Positions 37,438 through 50,171 of a DNA stretch of 64,000 bases are shown here, piece after piece (within the stretch, counting starts at the first letter, position 1; each line of letters opens with the position of its first letter). Below the pieces are notes generated by a model, which had not been told where the DNA came from, ran no database searches, and saw only the letters and a program-made list of their open reading frames with translations. Origin of the DNA: Rhynchobatus australiae (taxonomy: Eukaryota). Both the position numbers and the translations under genes were made by a program. The stretch covers positions 26,713,051-26,777,050 of the forward strand of contig JAUZTB010000033.1 of NCBI GenBank assembly GCA_034780895.1, given 5' to 3'.

Positions 37438-39574
37438 NNNNNNNNNNNNNNNNNNNNNNNNNNAAACCGGATTCTGAAATACTCAGACCTCATTTGTGGG
37501 AAGAAAATGAGTTAACGTTTCAGGTGGAAGACCCTTGCTTGACCTTTGTCTCTGTTTTTCTTGCCATGGATGTGGCCTGTTTGAAGGACTTTACAGAAAA
37601 GGTGCTTAATTTGACCACCACCACAAATACGTTTTCAACCTTTACTCTTATTTATTGGCATAATTCAAACATGAAGGCTCATTAAATCCATTTTAATTTT
37701 TGTTGGGTACTTTTTTAAAAACTTTGACTTTAATTTTTAAGAATTTGTTTCAAAAAAGGTGTCACCAGTGCTTATATTCCCTGGTATGTGAATGAGGAAA
37801 GATTTATGTTAAAAGCATAAAAAGCCATACACAGCTCCAAACACTGGGTATTATAAAATCTGCTCCTTTAAGTGCAGCATACAAAGGTAAAGGTTAAGGA
37901 AGTAAATCACAGGAGGTAGAATAAGGTGGAAGGAGGCTTGTGTAGAATATAATCACTAGCAATGGCCTGATGAGTCTGTGTCAGTGATAAACCCTGCCAA
38001 TTTATAATCTTTCCATACAGTTTCCAAATCAGATTCAGGAATCCTCTCTGCTGATTCCTGACCATCATAAAGAGAGAAATAGAAAAGAAAGAGCTTCCAA
38101 TTTCAATATTTTCTTTAAAAAGAATCTGGAAGTACAACTCATTTTAAAATTTCAGTTTAACTTTAGAATGACACATTGGAATCCAGATAAAATGGTTATT
38201 TGGCTCATGACCTAATAACTGTTAACTTCACCGTTCCATGTCTGTTCAAATATCAGTTCACAGTACATTACATCAGATTACAGCATCAAATCAGTTCCCA
38301 AAAACAGTTTCCTTATGATATTTCACTCTATTTCAACCTTCATCCAAAATGAAGATGTTTTTATTTTAAATGTGTGGTATGCATTCAGCATTATCATGAG
38401 ATAGGATGTCTAAATACAATCCTCCTGGATTTTCCGGTTTTATTTTTGATTTCCAGCATCAGCAGTTTTTTTTTCCCATTTAATACAGAAGAATGCCTTA
38501 TCACCAAAATTTACAAACAAGCACCAAGACCTGGCTTGACTAGTGAGAGCGGAAACTCTCCCAGTCAAATCCTTCCTGCCCTCCAGGTGGTTGCAATGCA
38601 TGATCCATTTCATTCGGTAATGCACATTTGCCATAGAGAGATGCAGTGGTCTTTGTCCATGTTCATCCCATACAGCTGCATAACACAGGACTATGTTACA
38701 GGCATACGCTGAGACAAACATCAGCTGCTGCTGGAAGATTATCAGATCAATGATAATCTATGTATTTTGGTCCAACCAAACTTTGCTGGTCTTCCTGTGC
38801 GACAAGCTGTCCGCAACAGAAAGCTGTGGGCTGATTCATTCCAAGATGCAGGAGTGCACATCAAGGGCTGCTCTGAGGTTTGGTGCAGTCAGTGCAAAAA
38901 AACTCAATGGGGAAAGGCCACATTGAAGATCCTTCCCATCACTGCACACTGAGGGGCAAAAACATGTCCAAAAAAATCTCTTGGACTTAATCCTTGAGGA
39001 ATGTATTGAAAATCCTTGAGGAATGTATGAAAAAGAAAAATTGATGTCATGCTCGTAGGCAAATGGAATGGTACAATGAATGGTGACATGAATGTCCTGC
39101 ATTAGACAATAGCAAATTTTATGAATAAAGTATATATTNNNNNNNNNNNNNNNNNNNNNNNNNNNNNNNNNNNNNNNNNNNNNNNNNNNNNNNNNNNNNN
39201 NNNNNNNNNNNNNNNNNNNNNNNNNNNNNNNNNNNNNNAATAGCAAATTTTATGAATAAAGTATATATTTAAAAAAGGTAGTGTGCTATGTTTGAGATAA
39301 CCTGGGCCTTGGTAATGTATGTTTAGATCTGTAGGTAGATACTGTATCTAACAGAACCAATTTATCAGAGAGTAAGAATGCTTAGAATCATAGGAGGAAG
39401 GTGGTCTAAATTGGATGGTGTGCGTGATGCATCATTAACATTCACCCAAACTACCTAGTATGTTCAGTCTAGTATGTTCATTTTAATGATTTCAGTATCC
39501 AAGCCAGTGTGAGCTATGCTATTTCCCCAATCCATCAGAGAGGTACTCTGTTTGTGTGTGTGTGGGTTTGTGCC

Positions 39575-39790
39575 ACAGTCTCAACAGTGGCACAGCTGGT
39601 GGAGTTGCTGCCTCACAGCTCCAGTGACCTGGGTTCAATCCTGACCTCTGCTGTATCTTTGGGTTTGCACATTCTCCTGTGACTGCATAGCTTTCCTCCA
39701 GGTTCTCTGGTTTCTTCGCACATCCCTAACATGTGCAGCTTGGCAGGTTAGACCACTGTAAACTGCCCCAAATGTGTAGGTGAATGGGAT
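39575..39790 (+). mobile_element. Older V-SINE
   Basis: tRNA-like head GTTGCTGCCTCACAGCTCCAGTGACCTGGGTTCAATCCTG plus a degraded V core. Similar decayed copies near 57175-57480 and 59520-59820. Confidence 0.75.
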
Positions 39791-40521
39791 TGGGGGTGGT
39801 GGTTGGGATAAACAAGTGGAAAGTGGGGTGGCAGATACTTCAGAACAAAGGAATGGAGATCATCAGTGATTGAGGTGTTGTATGGGTTCCATCGTGGAAC
39901 ATTTGGATTTTGTAATTACTCTCTATTTTCTCTCTACATTTCCTGTTCAGTCAATGGTGGTTTTGCAGAAGCCTTTGCTCATGTTTCACCTTATGACTTG
40001 CTGAACTGAACTTTGAGAACTATTCCTGGATTTGGAGTTTGGGAATTTGCCACACACACACTTCAAGTTTAGTTTTGGGGGGNNNNNNNNNNAACACTTA
40101 TACATGACTCGGTGTATTTCTTTTGTTGCTGGTAAGTGATAGATCACAGCTGTAGATGTGAACACATGTATCCATATCCTTGGGCCTGACTCAAAGTTCA
40201 ATGACCACATGGTCAAGGGTAACAAACACATCTTCAAATATCATATCCCACCCAATGCGCATTACTACCAATCCCTTTATCTACTAATAACCTGTATCAA
40301 TCAGGTTTGGGATCATTAATATATTTCAATTGCTGTTCACACCCGCAACTCAAACAGCCAGGCACTCAAGCACATCGAGCATGTTGCTTAACATTTGCTA
40401 ACACACTCTGTCTCGCAGGATGTTGGAAAAGAACTGCCATCAGCAGCATGAAGCTAGCAGGGTTAGGAACAGTGTGTCACCATACAAATTATCCCTGTCC
40501 TTCCAGAGGACACTTTTTAAA

Positions 40522-40743
40522 AAAATTTTATTTACAGCCCAACGAGTCCGTGCCACCCATTTTAAACCCCAAATTAACCTACCCGTACATCTTTGGAATG
40601 CGGGAGGAAACCGGAGCACCCGGAGGAAACCCACGCAGACGTGGGAGAACGTACAAACTCCTTACAGGCAGCGGTGGGAATTGAACCCGGGTCGCTGGTG
40701 CTGTAATAGCGCCATGCTAACCACTACGCTACCGTGCTGCCCC
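40522..40743 (-). mobile_element. Full-length V-SINE (HE1-like)
   Basis: Close reverse complement of 18726-18955. Confidence 0.9.
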
Positions 40744-42229
40744 TCTACTGTACCGTACGTGGATTGTTCCAATCCATGGTGTGTAATAGGGCACAAACCA
40801 TAGATGACGCAGGTAAACTTTCCCATATCCCACTTCCTCTTCATCTGCAATCTCATCTGATATACAAGTTGCAAACATAGTCATACACATCTTACATTCA
40901 TTCTCCCTTCTCATCACTCTGCTGTTATTCTTTACTCCTTTTAGATAACCAAGAACAGTTAATCCTGCTTGCAGTTGCAGAACAGGATTTGACACCCACT
41001 GTTACCAGCTCACATATATACACATCCTAGAGTCAGCATTGAAGGAGTTGCACAGGTGACTCACTGTCATGACTGCCTGTCACCTGGAAGGTAGGAAAAC
41101 AATAACCCAACTGGTAATTCTCAAGAAAGAGAGAGCATGTGAGGAACTCAGATGCAGCTTTATGGGTAAACACAATACAATTTTGGCACATCGTTAGTCT
41201 AATGCAAAAGCCATTACAGGCCATGGATGTGTCCAGCACCAACCTTGAACAGTATTCAGCCCAGAGTCCATCCTTTCCAGGTGCAGAAATAGTTGCTCAC
41301 TACATTGCATCACAAGGGCCCAACCATTGCAGCATGTCATGCCCTATGTCTTGGTTTTAATTGCAGTGCAAGCAAAAGCCTCTAGACTTCAATAAAGGAT
41401 ACGACATCTACAGCATGTAGTTTGTCAAGCATTCAAGGAGTTTGTTACGGGATCCAGTTGTTTTTAGGCACAGGCATTCTACTTGAAGTGCAGAATGAGA
41501 AATAAATTTAAAGATTCATTTTTGGCTTTATCTTAGCACAGTCTTCCCAACACACATTCAAGAAAATGTGAAGAAACACATGTTTGCAGTTCAGGTCATG
41601 AAGAACTATCCCTTGATTATGGTACACGAATAGATATCAGACACTATCAAATAAAACAATTCTGTAACAGGCATTTTAAAAATAGAACAACACAGTCGTG
41701 TTTTAAGTAATAGAATTCCAGAGAGAAATGGGANNNNNNNNNNNNNNNNNNNNNNNNNNNNNNNNNNNNNNNNNNNNNNNNNNNNNNNNNNNNNNNNNNN
41801 NNNNNNNNNNNNNNNNNNNNNNNNNNNNNNNNNNNNNNNNNNNNNNNNNNNNNNNNNNNNNNNNNNNNNNNNNNNNNNNNNNNNNNNNNNNNNNNNNNNN
41901 NNNNNNNNNNNNNNNNNNNNNNNNNNNNNNNNNNNNNNNNNNNNNNNNNNNNNNNNNNNNNNNNNNNNNNNNNNNNNNNNNNNNNNNNNNNNNNNNNNNN
42001 NNNNNNNNNNNNNNNNNNNNNNNNNNNNNNNNNNNNNNNNNNNNNNNNNNNNNNNNNNNCCCCACAGATGCTGTTCGACCCGCTGAGTTCCTTCAGAAAA
42101 TTGTTTATCTAGAGGCATGATGGAAATAGCAATGTTATGCTCTACATAGAATTATAGTACATGATTGACTGAATATGGTAATACTATGAAGACCTTGATA
42201 GAATGGACTCGTATGTTTCTTGATGCAAA

Positions 42230-42960
42230 CAGAAAAGACTGCAAGCACTCAACCAGGCAAGTTTAGGTCAAGAACCAGAAAAGTGAGAAAACAAGCATGC
42301 TAAGTTGCAGAACATCAGTGATAGGTGCAGATCAGTTTTCAAGGCACCAAATAATCAAAGTAAGTGTTTTAGGTCAAGAACTGAAAAATGTGAGAAAACA
42401 AGTGTGTTAATTTGCAGAGACATGGAGGGGTGAAGACGAGAGGGCATGTCTGTGATAGGGCACCAATCAAAGTGTCAATTTTGTTTTAAAAAGAGGGTTG
42501 GAGACCAAGGAGATAAAAAATAGAAACAACAGTACAGTTTGTGGACAGAAAAGTGGTTACTTGAATTGTTAAATTCAATACCAAGTCTCAAGTGCTTCAA
42601 CCTACCAGATGAGCGATGAGATGGTGTTCCTTGGGTATCTTTGGAACAATGTAGGAGGCTGATAACAGAGGTCAGAGTGGGCTCAGTTATTGAATTGTGG
42701 ACCAAATGGGGCTGTTGTGCAGTGGTCATCAAATTGGTGTTTGGTTTCTCCAATGTGGAGGAGATCACATCGAGAGCATAGAATGCAAAACACTAAAATA
42801 GGGGATTGCAAGTGAATTACTGCTTCACCTGGAAGGTGAGAAGGGAACAGATTAAGAACAGATGTTGCATCTCCTGTGGTTGCACAAGTGCAGTGCGGTG
42901 AGAATGGGAGTATTTGATGGAGATTAAAATGTGGACCAGGGAGTCATGGAGGGAAAAACT
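42230..42960 (-). mobile_element. Penelope-like GIY-YIG fragment
   Basis: Minus strand reads FQVKQ*FTC..LVFCILCSRCDLLHIGETKHQFDDH...LGIEFNNSS. Includes a ~105 bp imperfect tandem duplication at 42262-42473. Confidence 0.75.
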
Positions 42961-45484
42961 GTAAGGTGTGTTGGGTAGTTGAATTGTTGGATCAAAAAAG
43001 GGTGACAAAATACAGCAAGGGATGATAGGACAGCAGAATAGAGATCAGAGGAAAGTGAAAAGGAGAAGAATCCAAATTAGAATTGCAGAGCTATTGAGGT
43101 TTGCGATCTTTAGTCTGAAAGTGCTTTTTTTTGCTGGTACCCTGAATACAGCAAGGGATAAAGTGAAACCAAGGTCCAAGACAGAGAGATAGTGTGTCAA
43201 CAAGGTCAAGAGTGTGCATGTACTGATGCATGGCATTAGTGTGGATCTCAGGAGGCAACAAGTGCAGTGATTAGAGAAACACTGGATAATTGACACACCT
43301 CTCCCTTGCTATGGCTTTGTTTCAATTTGTTCATTTTTCTTTTCCATCTAATGGGATTCCCCTTTCATAAACCCATGCTGATTTGTCAAATCTTATTAAT
43401 ACTTTAAGTTGTTCTGATATTGCTTTTTAAAACAAGATGGATTAAAGCATTTTCCACACTACTGATGTTAAGCTTACNNNNNNNNNNNNNNNNNNNNNNN
43501 NNNNNNNNNNNNNNNNNNNNNNNNNNNNNNNNNNNNNNNNNNNNNNNNNNNNNNNNNNNNNNNNNNNNNNNNNNNNNNNNNNNNNNNNNNNNNNNNNNNN
43601 NNNNNNNNNNNNNNNNNNNNNNNNNNNNNNNNNNNNNNNNNNNNNNNNNNNNNNNNNNNNNNNNNNNNNNNNNNNNNNNNNNNNNNNNNNNNNNCCTTCA
43701 GTTCTTCTCTTATAATTTAGGTTTTATGTTCCCTGCAAACTTAGTCTCATTCTCCATCTTCCCCTCTTTAAGTATTTTGTCCTCCTTTGCTGAATTCTGA
43801 ACTGCTCCCACTCCTCAAGCCTGCTGGGTTTTTTTTGGCAATTTTATATTCCTCCTCTTTGGATCCTTCATTTCCTCTAAGTCACTGCTAAGCCCTCGTT
43901 CCTGAACCTGAGCCACCTCAGAACCCACAAAACCAATTGGAAGAAAGTCATTCACAATCCTGAGTAAGTGCTTAAGAAAGTTTCAAAAATTGCCTGTACT
44001 GAAGAAATACATAATAAGCAACTACATGTAGTGAATGGTATGCCCATAAAATTGAGAATAAAGGAATATCACCCTTAGTATAAGAACTGCCTCCCAAACA
44101 TTCATGGTAACTATATTAACATGATGAGTGTGTAGCAGTTAAGTGGAAGACATTTTTAAGATGGTACACAGTTTAGCTTGGTCATTTTAACTCACCGATC
44201 TTGAAGAAGTCATTTCCTTTTCATGTGGTACCAAGGTGTTGTACATGCGGTTATTAATGCTTCCTTGCTTGGTAATTTCATTTCATGGGATCCAAAAGAA
44301 TTTTTTGTGAAATTTTCTGCTGTACACACACTTTACACTCTGCACTGTGTGTTAGACCTTTCAAGGTGCTCCAGGTATTTATGATATGAGAATATACAAT
44401 TACCAGCTTTAAAAAGGATTTAACAATGATTGCATCTGGCACAATATTGAGAGGTATGTCATCTGCTGAAGCTGCCCCAAATGGCATGGTCAACAATCTG
44501 AATTGAAAAGGTCATTTGGACAGTTCAGGAGTAGGACCTTGAGCCAAATTGCCAATCACAGACAACTCCACGTAAAATGGCCATAGGAATGAACTTGATT
44601 TGACTCACAAAATGTGCAGTTGTGAGCCAATGGGTTTGAGACTGGTTTACTGTGCCACCTGTAGCTATGAGAATAAATGGCTATTTCTTCCTTCAAAACA
44701 TTTATAAATACAAGCGTACACCAGAAGAACACGAAAGGTCAAGCAGACACTAGTAGTTACATAGCCATCAACTCAAACTTGCTTCTACCTCCTGACCAAT
44801 TCCCTATTGAAGTTGACAGGCTTTTGCTAATGTTTATACAGGATCATGTCAAATAAATGCCTTCTAAAAGTTTACTGCATTCGTTTCCTTAATAGAGCCT
44901 GATTTGTTAGACTTTCTTACCTCTACAGATCTCTGCTGGTGCACTCTAATTAGCCCGATTGAGCAATCGTATCTAATAATAGTTTCCAATAAATTTCCTA
45001 CCAATAATAATATAGAAATATTCTTGTTTCTCTCCCCCTGTACCTTAACAATTGGAGATAGTATTTCACTATCCCAAATTGTTAAATATTTCAACTATGG
45101 AGGGTATATTTTCTGCAAACTTATTTTCCCTTTCACTGCTCGAAAGAGAATTTCACTTCCAACTTGTAATCTTACAATCACTTTCAATTTATTCTCTTCC
45201 TAAGTAAAAGCACTCAAAATATACTGCCATTAAAGCTTAAATTCTTGGCTGCAAAGAAAACTATTTATCTAGTATCTTTGTTTGAGAAATCAAAGCTAGT
45301 ATTATATTTTGAATCTTAGTTGACAAGAAATAAAATTACTGAATTTTCCATCAGTGGCCCCCATTACCTAAATGATTAGATATTCTCCAAAACACTCATA
45401 TTCTGGATCTTTTTAAGACGTCAAATCCATCTGTTCAAGTAATTTTATGTACTCACATTAACTGACTTCACACCAAAAATTTAC

Positions 45485-46197
45485 ATTCACAAATGTACAC
45501 CCAGTTTATTGGACAAGACAGTTAGGTGACAGTCCACAATTTACAGTAAAGTACAGTAAATAGAAACACTTCAAGAAACACAAGGTGCAATGTTTTTCTA
45601 CAATGCACTAGCTTAATAAAACAAAAACTGCTCTTAAACACAAGTAGTAAACAATGAACAACTTATTTACCTTAAATCACATAATTAAAAATATTTTCCA
45701 AAAAAGCCTATTTCTAATACAGCAATGATTGTTTAAAATGCTAATAAATTTTACAGCAAGTGTACAACACTGACTAATATAGCAGCAGTTTTCCCAAGAC
45801 AAGTTCATCCATAGGATCTTGCCATGGATCTCAAATGCCTACAAAGTGCTCCCAGTACAATGTATAACCATGGTTCGAGTACATACTCCCAATGTACAAA
45901 ATATGGGTTTTAAATCTAAACCCAGACAAATTTACAGAATTTATGGTGTATAAGCCACTCAATAAAATATCCCAATATCCTCTTTGATCAATCTTTGCCC
46001 TCTTTATTCAAAAGGCACACTAAAATTGAAAGGTAAAAAAATTAAGACTTCATAGGCAGCAGAAATGCTACATCAACAACATTTTGCAGGTATGAGTATC
46101 CTCAATGGGACCTACAGTTGTATGATAACTAAACTGCCAACGACTTGCAAAAAAAATTCAACTTTTAAAAATAATAGGTTCAACCCAGTGCACAATT
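45485..46197 (-). promoter_or_regulatory. WEE1: WEE1 3'UTR with candidate poly(A) signal
   Basis: AATAAA on the minus strand at 45510-45505 followed by a U/GU-rich tract. A second, proximal AATAAA lies at 46008-46003. The 3' end is inferred. Confidence 0.65.
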
Positions 46198-46351
46198 TCA
46201 GTAAATTGTAAGGCTGACAGAACGGTTTATTTTTTTCCCAATGATCCTAGTATTTCTATTACTTTGCACTGTAGACCTGGTTGTCATTCGGTCCGTGAAC
46301 AACACTCGCTCTTCCGCTGCTGCTTTTGCCATTTGTGCCTTCTTCAGTTCT
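46198..46351 (-). CDS. WEE1: WEE1 coding exon 11 (last coding exon)
   Basis: (K)ELKKAQMAKAAAEERVLFTDRMTTRS...GKKINRSVSLTIY*, ending in the RSVSLT 14-3-3 motif; TGA at 46200-46198; 154 nt. Exon lengths sum to 1866 nt = 621 aa + stop. Confidence 0.96.
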
Positions 46352-47216
46352 CTGAAATGATAAAACAAAATTGTTTGTGGAAAACTAATGTTTTTCTCAA
46401 ATTTTGGACAATAAGCTGGAAGAACAACGTATTCTGAAGAGCAATGAAAAACAGTCACAAAATTTTGCAATTTAACAACAGACAAATATTCCACTCCATT
46501 GCAATTATATTCACTAGTTAGTCACCTCAAAAATCTTAGTTTACATTCCTATAAAGGATCATTCCATATTTATGAACCACAGACCAGGAAGGTCCAAGGA
46601 AAATCTTGAGGTGGGAAAGAGGCAGCGGAGGGCATAAGCAAGCAATGCAAAAATAAAAAAAAATAGGGTGAACAACAGCAATAGAACAGAACTGGCAAAA
46701 GGCAACCAAAAAGCATCAACAATTCAGAAGTTAAGAAAGTCAAATCAACAATTCAGTAGTTAAGGACAAATCTTACTGGCTCAATCCTACTCATGTGTTC
46801 CTACATCCACAATTACATGGTCTAATCTCACTGGCCCTTCACAAATCGAAGAGTGCAGAAGCACAGTCTATTTCAAAAGCACCTCCAGTGGAGCAGAAAA
46901 GAGCCCCTCCCCAAAACAGGCAAAGCTGGTGCAGCTATAAAATCAATTGTTTTTTTTTAAATAATTTAAATCCGATTTCAAGACATTTAAGTTTCAAAAT
47001 TGAAAATAAAATTAAAAATATTAAAGTAAAATTGTCATCATTTTCTCACTAGCCTATTAATCCTTGGCCCAACAATACACACTGAAATCAGAACCTGGAG
47101 ATTCCTCAGCAACCCCATGCTGGAGGATGTACATAAAATCTGCAAATATGCATTACCAAGGGGTTAACAATTATGCTATTTAAACAGTCACAATATCTGC
47201 AATTAACATTAATTTA

Positions 47217-47520
47217 CAGGCAGCCTCAGGTAGCAAACGGGTTCCTGTACACAAATGTCCGTAAGTTGATTTTGTCCATAAGTGGGAAAATAAGCAAGAA
47301 AAAATCCCACTCAGCACAGTAACCATACCTCCACAATATTGTAATGAATAGAGTGAAAAGCACGACTGGTAAGAACAACTACTAAAAGTGGAGAGAACGC
47401 TGGTTCTGACTATCATAGAAACGAATGCACATGATGGACTTTTGAATTTAGTAATATTATGGGAGCTTGTTCTTACACAAATGTCCATAGGTTAGGCATT
47501 CTTAACCTGGGGACGGCCTG
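47217..47520. mobile_element. Tigger/pogo-like MITE with TA target-site duplication
   Basis: TA|CAGGCAGCCTCAGGT ... ACCTGGGGACGGCCTG|TA imperfect terminal inverted repeats; 304 bp, in WEE1 intron 10. Confidence 0.8.
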
Positions 47521-47593
47521 TATTCATACATGAAGGGAATTCAAGTGACATGAAGTGCATGTGATCTAAAGAATAGTTAGCTAATGTGCTTAC

Positions 47594-47739
47594 TTTTGCA
47601 AAAGTGCATTTTTGAATTTTTCTGCATTTAATTCTAACCGAAGTTGATCTGCACTTTTTCTTGCGGTTGGGAGCAGCACTGAATGTCTGATTAAAGCTCC
47701 TGCGGTGGGTCGTTTCTCCGGGTCTGGATGAAGCATTAA
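47594..47739 (-). CDS. WEE1: WEE1 coding exon 10
   Basis: LMLHPDPEKRPTAGALIRHSVLLPTARKSADQLRLELNAEKFKNALLQ; TTTTTTCAG| acceptor, |GTAAGC donor; 146 nt. Confidence 0.96.
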
Positions 47740-47839
47740 CTGAAAAAAGTATTGAAGACATCCATTATTCACAATACAACAAACGTATGTCATATTTGAA
47801 AATCTTCTTAAGAAAGCAAATTTGCTAGTCAAATCTTAC

Positions 47840-48010
47840 TTTCAATAAATCCAAAAACTCCTGAGAGTGTGTCTGAGGAATTGTAGGAAGTTTTCCTTGT
47901 CGAATCTCATGCCATTTTTCCCCATTTCTTGGCAGTGGCTCTGCACCAGCAGCAGATATAACAGTGAGAGCAAGAGCAAAAATATCTGCTTTTAGCAAAT
48001 GTCTGTAATC
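47840..48010 (-). CDS. WEE1: WEE1 coding exon 9
   Basis: DYRHLLKADIFALALTVISAAGAEPLPRNGEKWHEIRQGKLPTIPQTHSQEFLDLLK; TTTCAG| acceptor, |GTAAGA donor; 171 nt. Confidence 0.96.
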
Positions 48011-48927
48011 CTGAAATACAAAACATTTGAAAGAATGTCATTGTGGAAACCATAATTTCTGAGGTTGGGAGAATAGATGGAATAGATCTGCGCAGTTAGA
48101 AACCACAAAAGAAAAATTCAAATGAAATTAACTCAGTTACATTGGTGCAACTCACACACATTTACCTTCTTTTCCAGTAGAAGGTATAGTGACATATCAA
48201 CCTATATAAGACTGAATTGAGATATGGATATGGTAGGGTAGCCTGGCTCAGTGTTGGCCCAGAGCTATCAGGATATGGACACAGTTGGGTCATTTTAAAG
48301 GGCATAACCTGACATGGTCTTTCTTCGAGATTGAAGATTTCTATATTATTCTTTCATTTGGGGACAGAGATTTGTAAAGAAAGAATGACTACTAACTTAC
48401 TTGGAAACTCTATTTATTCAACTGGGAGCAGGATCACTTGCCAACTACTGCATCTCAACACCATGACTACCTACTATGATGAATCAAAAATCAGTAAGTA
48501 TTAGGTAAAAATTCAGGAAGTAGTTCCATTAAGTTAACTTGTACAGCATATTTATAGAGGTGGATTCAAACTGAAACACTCAATTTTACTATGAAATATT
48601 AACACATTATAGAACCAAGCTGCCTGATCCAAGCCTCACAGGAATCCAACTATATAGGGTTTGGGCAAGGTGTCTACCCTGAATAAATATTCTTATTTGG
48701 GTCAAACATCAACCCAGATATTCCACTTCCATCAACACTCAAAGATTAATGTAAATGCTATCATCTACTTGCATCAAAATTGCTACTAGAGTGTAAATCC
48801 ACATCTTAAGTTACAAATCAAACCAGAAGTTTTTTTTTAAAAACTGGGGAGAACTTAGAATTTTAGTATCTGTTTAGATTTGCCTAATTATACACATTCT
48901 ATACACTTACTGCAACAGAAACATTAC

Positions 48928-49013
48928 CTCTTGCAGTACTTCATTGGCCAAGTATCGACTGTCTCCCTCTTCGACATGAGGATTGGATACACGAGTAACG
49001 TGCCCAAGGTCAC
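48928..49013 (-). CDS. WEE1: WEE1 coding exon 8 (DLG motif, activation segment)
   Basis: [29 protein letters not shown]; TAG| acceptor, |GTAATG donor; 86 nt. Confidence 0.96.
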
Positions 49014-49401
49014 CTAATTTTAATAAAATGAGTTATTTACCACATTTAAGTCAAATCTTCTAATATAAAAGGAGGCTATTCAGCCCATCAAGCTCATTTT
49101 GTTTTTTTTTGGGAAAGGTATCCAATTAATCCCATTATTTCAGCAGTCTACAATTTGCTTTCCATTTCAAATATATACACCAAATCCCTCTTGTAAGTTA
49201 TTATTGAATCTACTTCTATCACCTTTTTAAAATCATTCTAACACATGACTTTCTATAGAAAAAGAATTCATTTCCCCTTTGGTAATTTTTCCAATATGAC
49301 CAAATGTTTATTGTGTAATTACTGCCACATCGACAAATAGAAAGCAATTCATATTCACTCCAATCTTAATTTCTCAATGTTAAATATGAAACATATCTTA
49401 C

Positions 49402-49500
49402 CTATTTTGTATACAATATTTGTTGACAATATGCAGTCATCATCATCCATTTCCTCTGCTGTAGAATTAGTTACTAACTTTTTGGATATAAATATGTTAC
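49402..49500 (-). CDS. WEE1: WEE1 coding exon 7
   Basis: SNIFISKKLVTNSTAEEMDDDDCILSTNIVYKI; TTTTTAG| acceptor, |GTAAG donor; 99 nt. Confidence 0.95.
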
Positions 49501-50057
49501 CTAAAAATAAGAGGACCAACAGCAGTTAGGAACAGGCATTGAACTTTAATATTACAGAAATAAACATTACTGTGGGAGTTCTGTACATATAGTCACAATT
49601 GATTTTCCAAGTTAGGAGTTTTTGAAACTCATTTGTTGAAAAAAATAAGGGCAGAAGCCCCCAAATTTAATCTCTGGTCTACTGGATGCTTTCATCTGGG
49701 GCATTATAATTAGCATCAGCACCCTTCAATAGGTTTGACTGGCACTAAGAAAGGGGAAAAAAATTCATAATTATTGAACATGTGTATCAAATGACTTTAG
49801 ATAGAATATAATTTGATAACCTTATTAAGATCATTTGAAATATCAAACAATTAATGAACAGCAAATCTGAGTGAGATTCTGAAAAGCAAAAAACTGTACT
49901 CCAAGCTTTGAGGTGAAATGAAATGAAAAACATTAGTACCACACTCAAATGTTACCAGTTTAAAATACTGGAATGGTTTCCTGGTGCAATTTAGGGCTCA
50001 TATCTATGTTCCACAACTCAACAAGTATATAGTAAAATTTCTGTTCAAAACAAAATA

Positions 50058-50171
50058 CAGGTGCTCCCCAGGTTATGGGTAACCTTACTTAGAAATCTGA
50101 CTTCACACAAATTCTTCCATACATTTTAAAAAGCATATTTCAAGATACTAATAAGAATGTTTGGGGGACTG
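50058..50171. mobile_element. Short decayed Tigger-like MITE
   Basis: TA|CAGGTGCTCCCCAGGTTA ... TTGGGGGACTG|TA. Confidence 0.5.

Larger units (their letters stand above)
31359..37861. repeat. About 255/283 bp direct repeat pair flanking SWAP70 exon 1
   Basis: 31359-31612 and 37579-37861 share GTTTGAAGGACTTTACA...CATAATTCAAACATGAAGGCTCATTAAATCCATTTTAAT...AAAGCATAAAAAGCCATACACAGCTCCAAA...ATTATAAAATCT. Confidence 0.9.
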
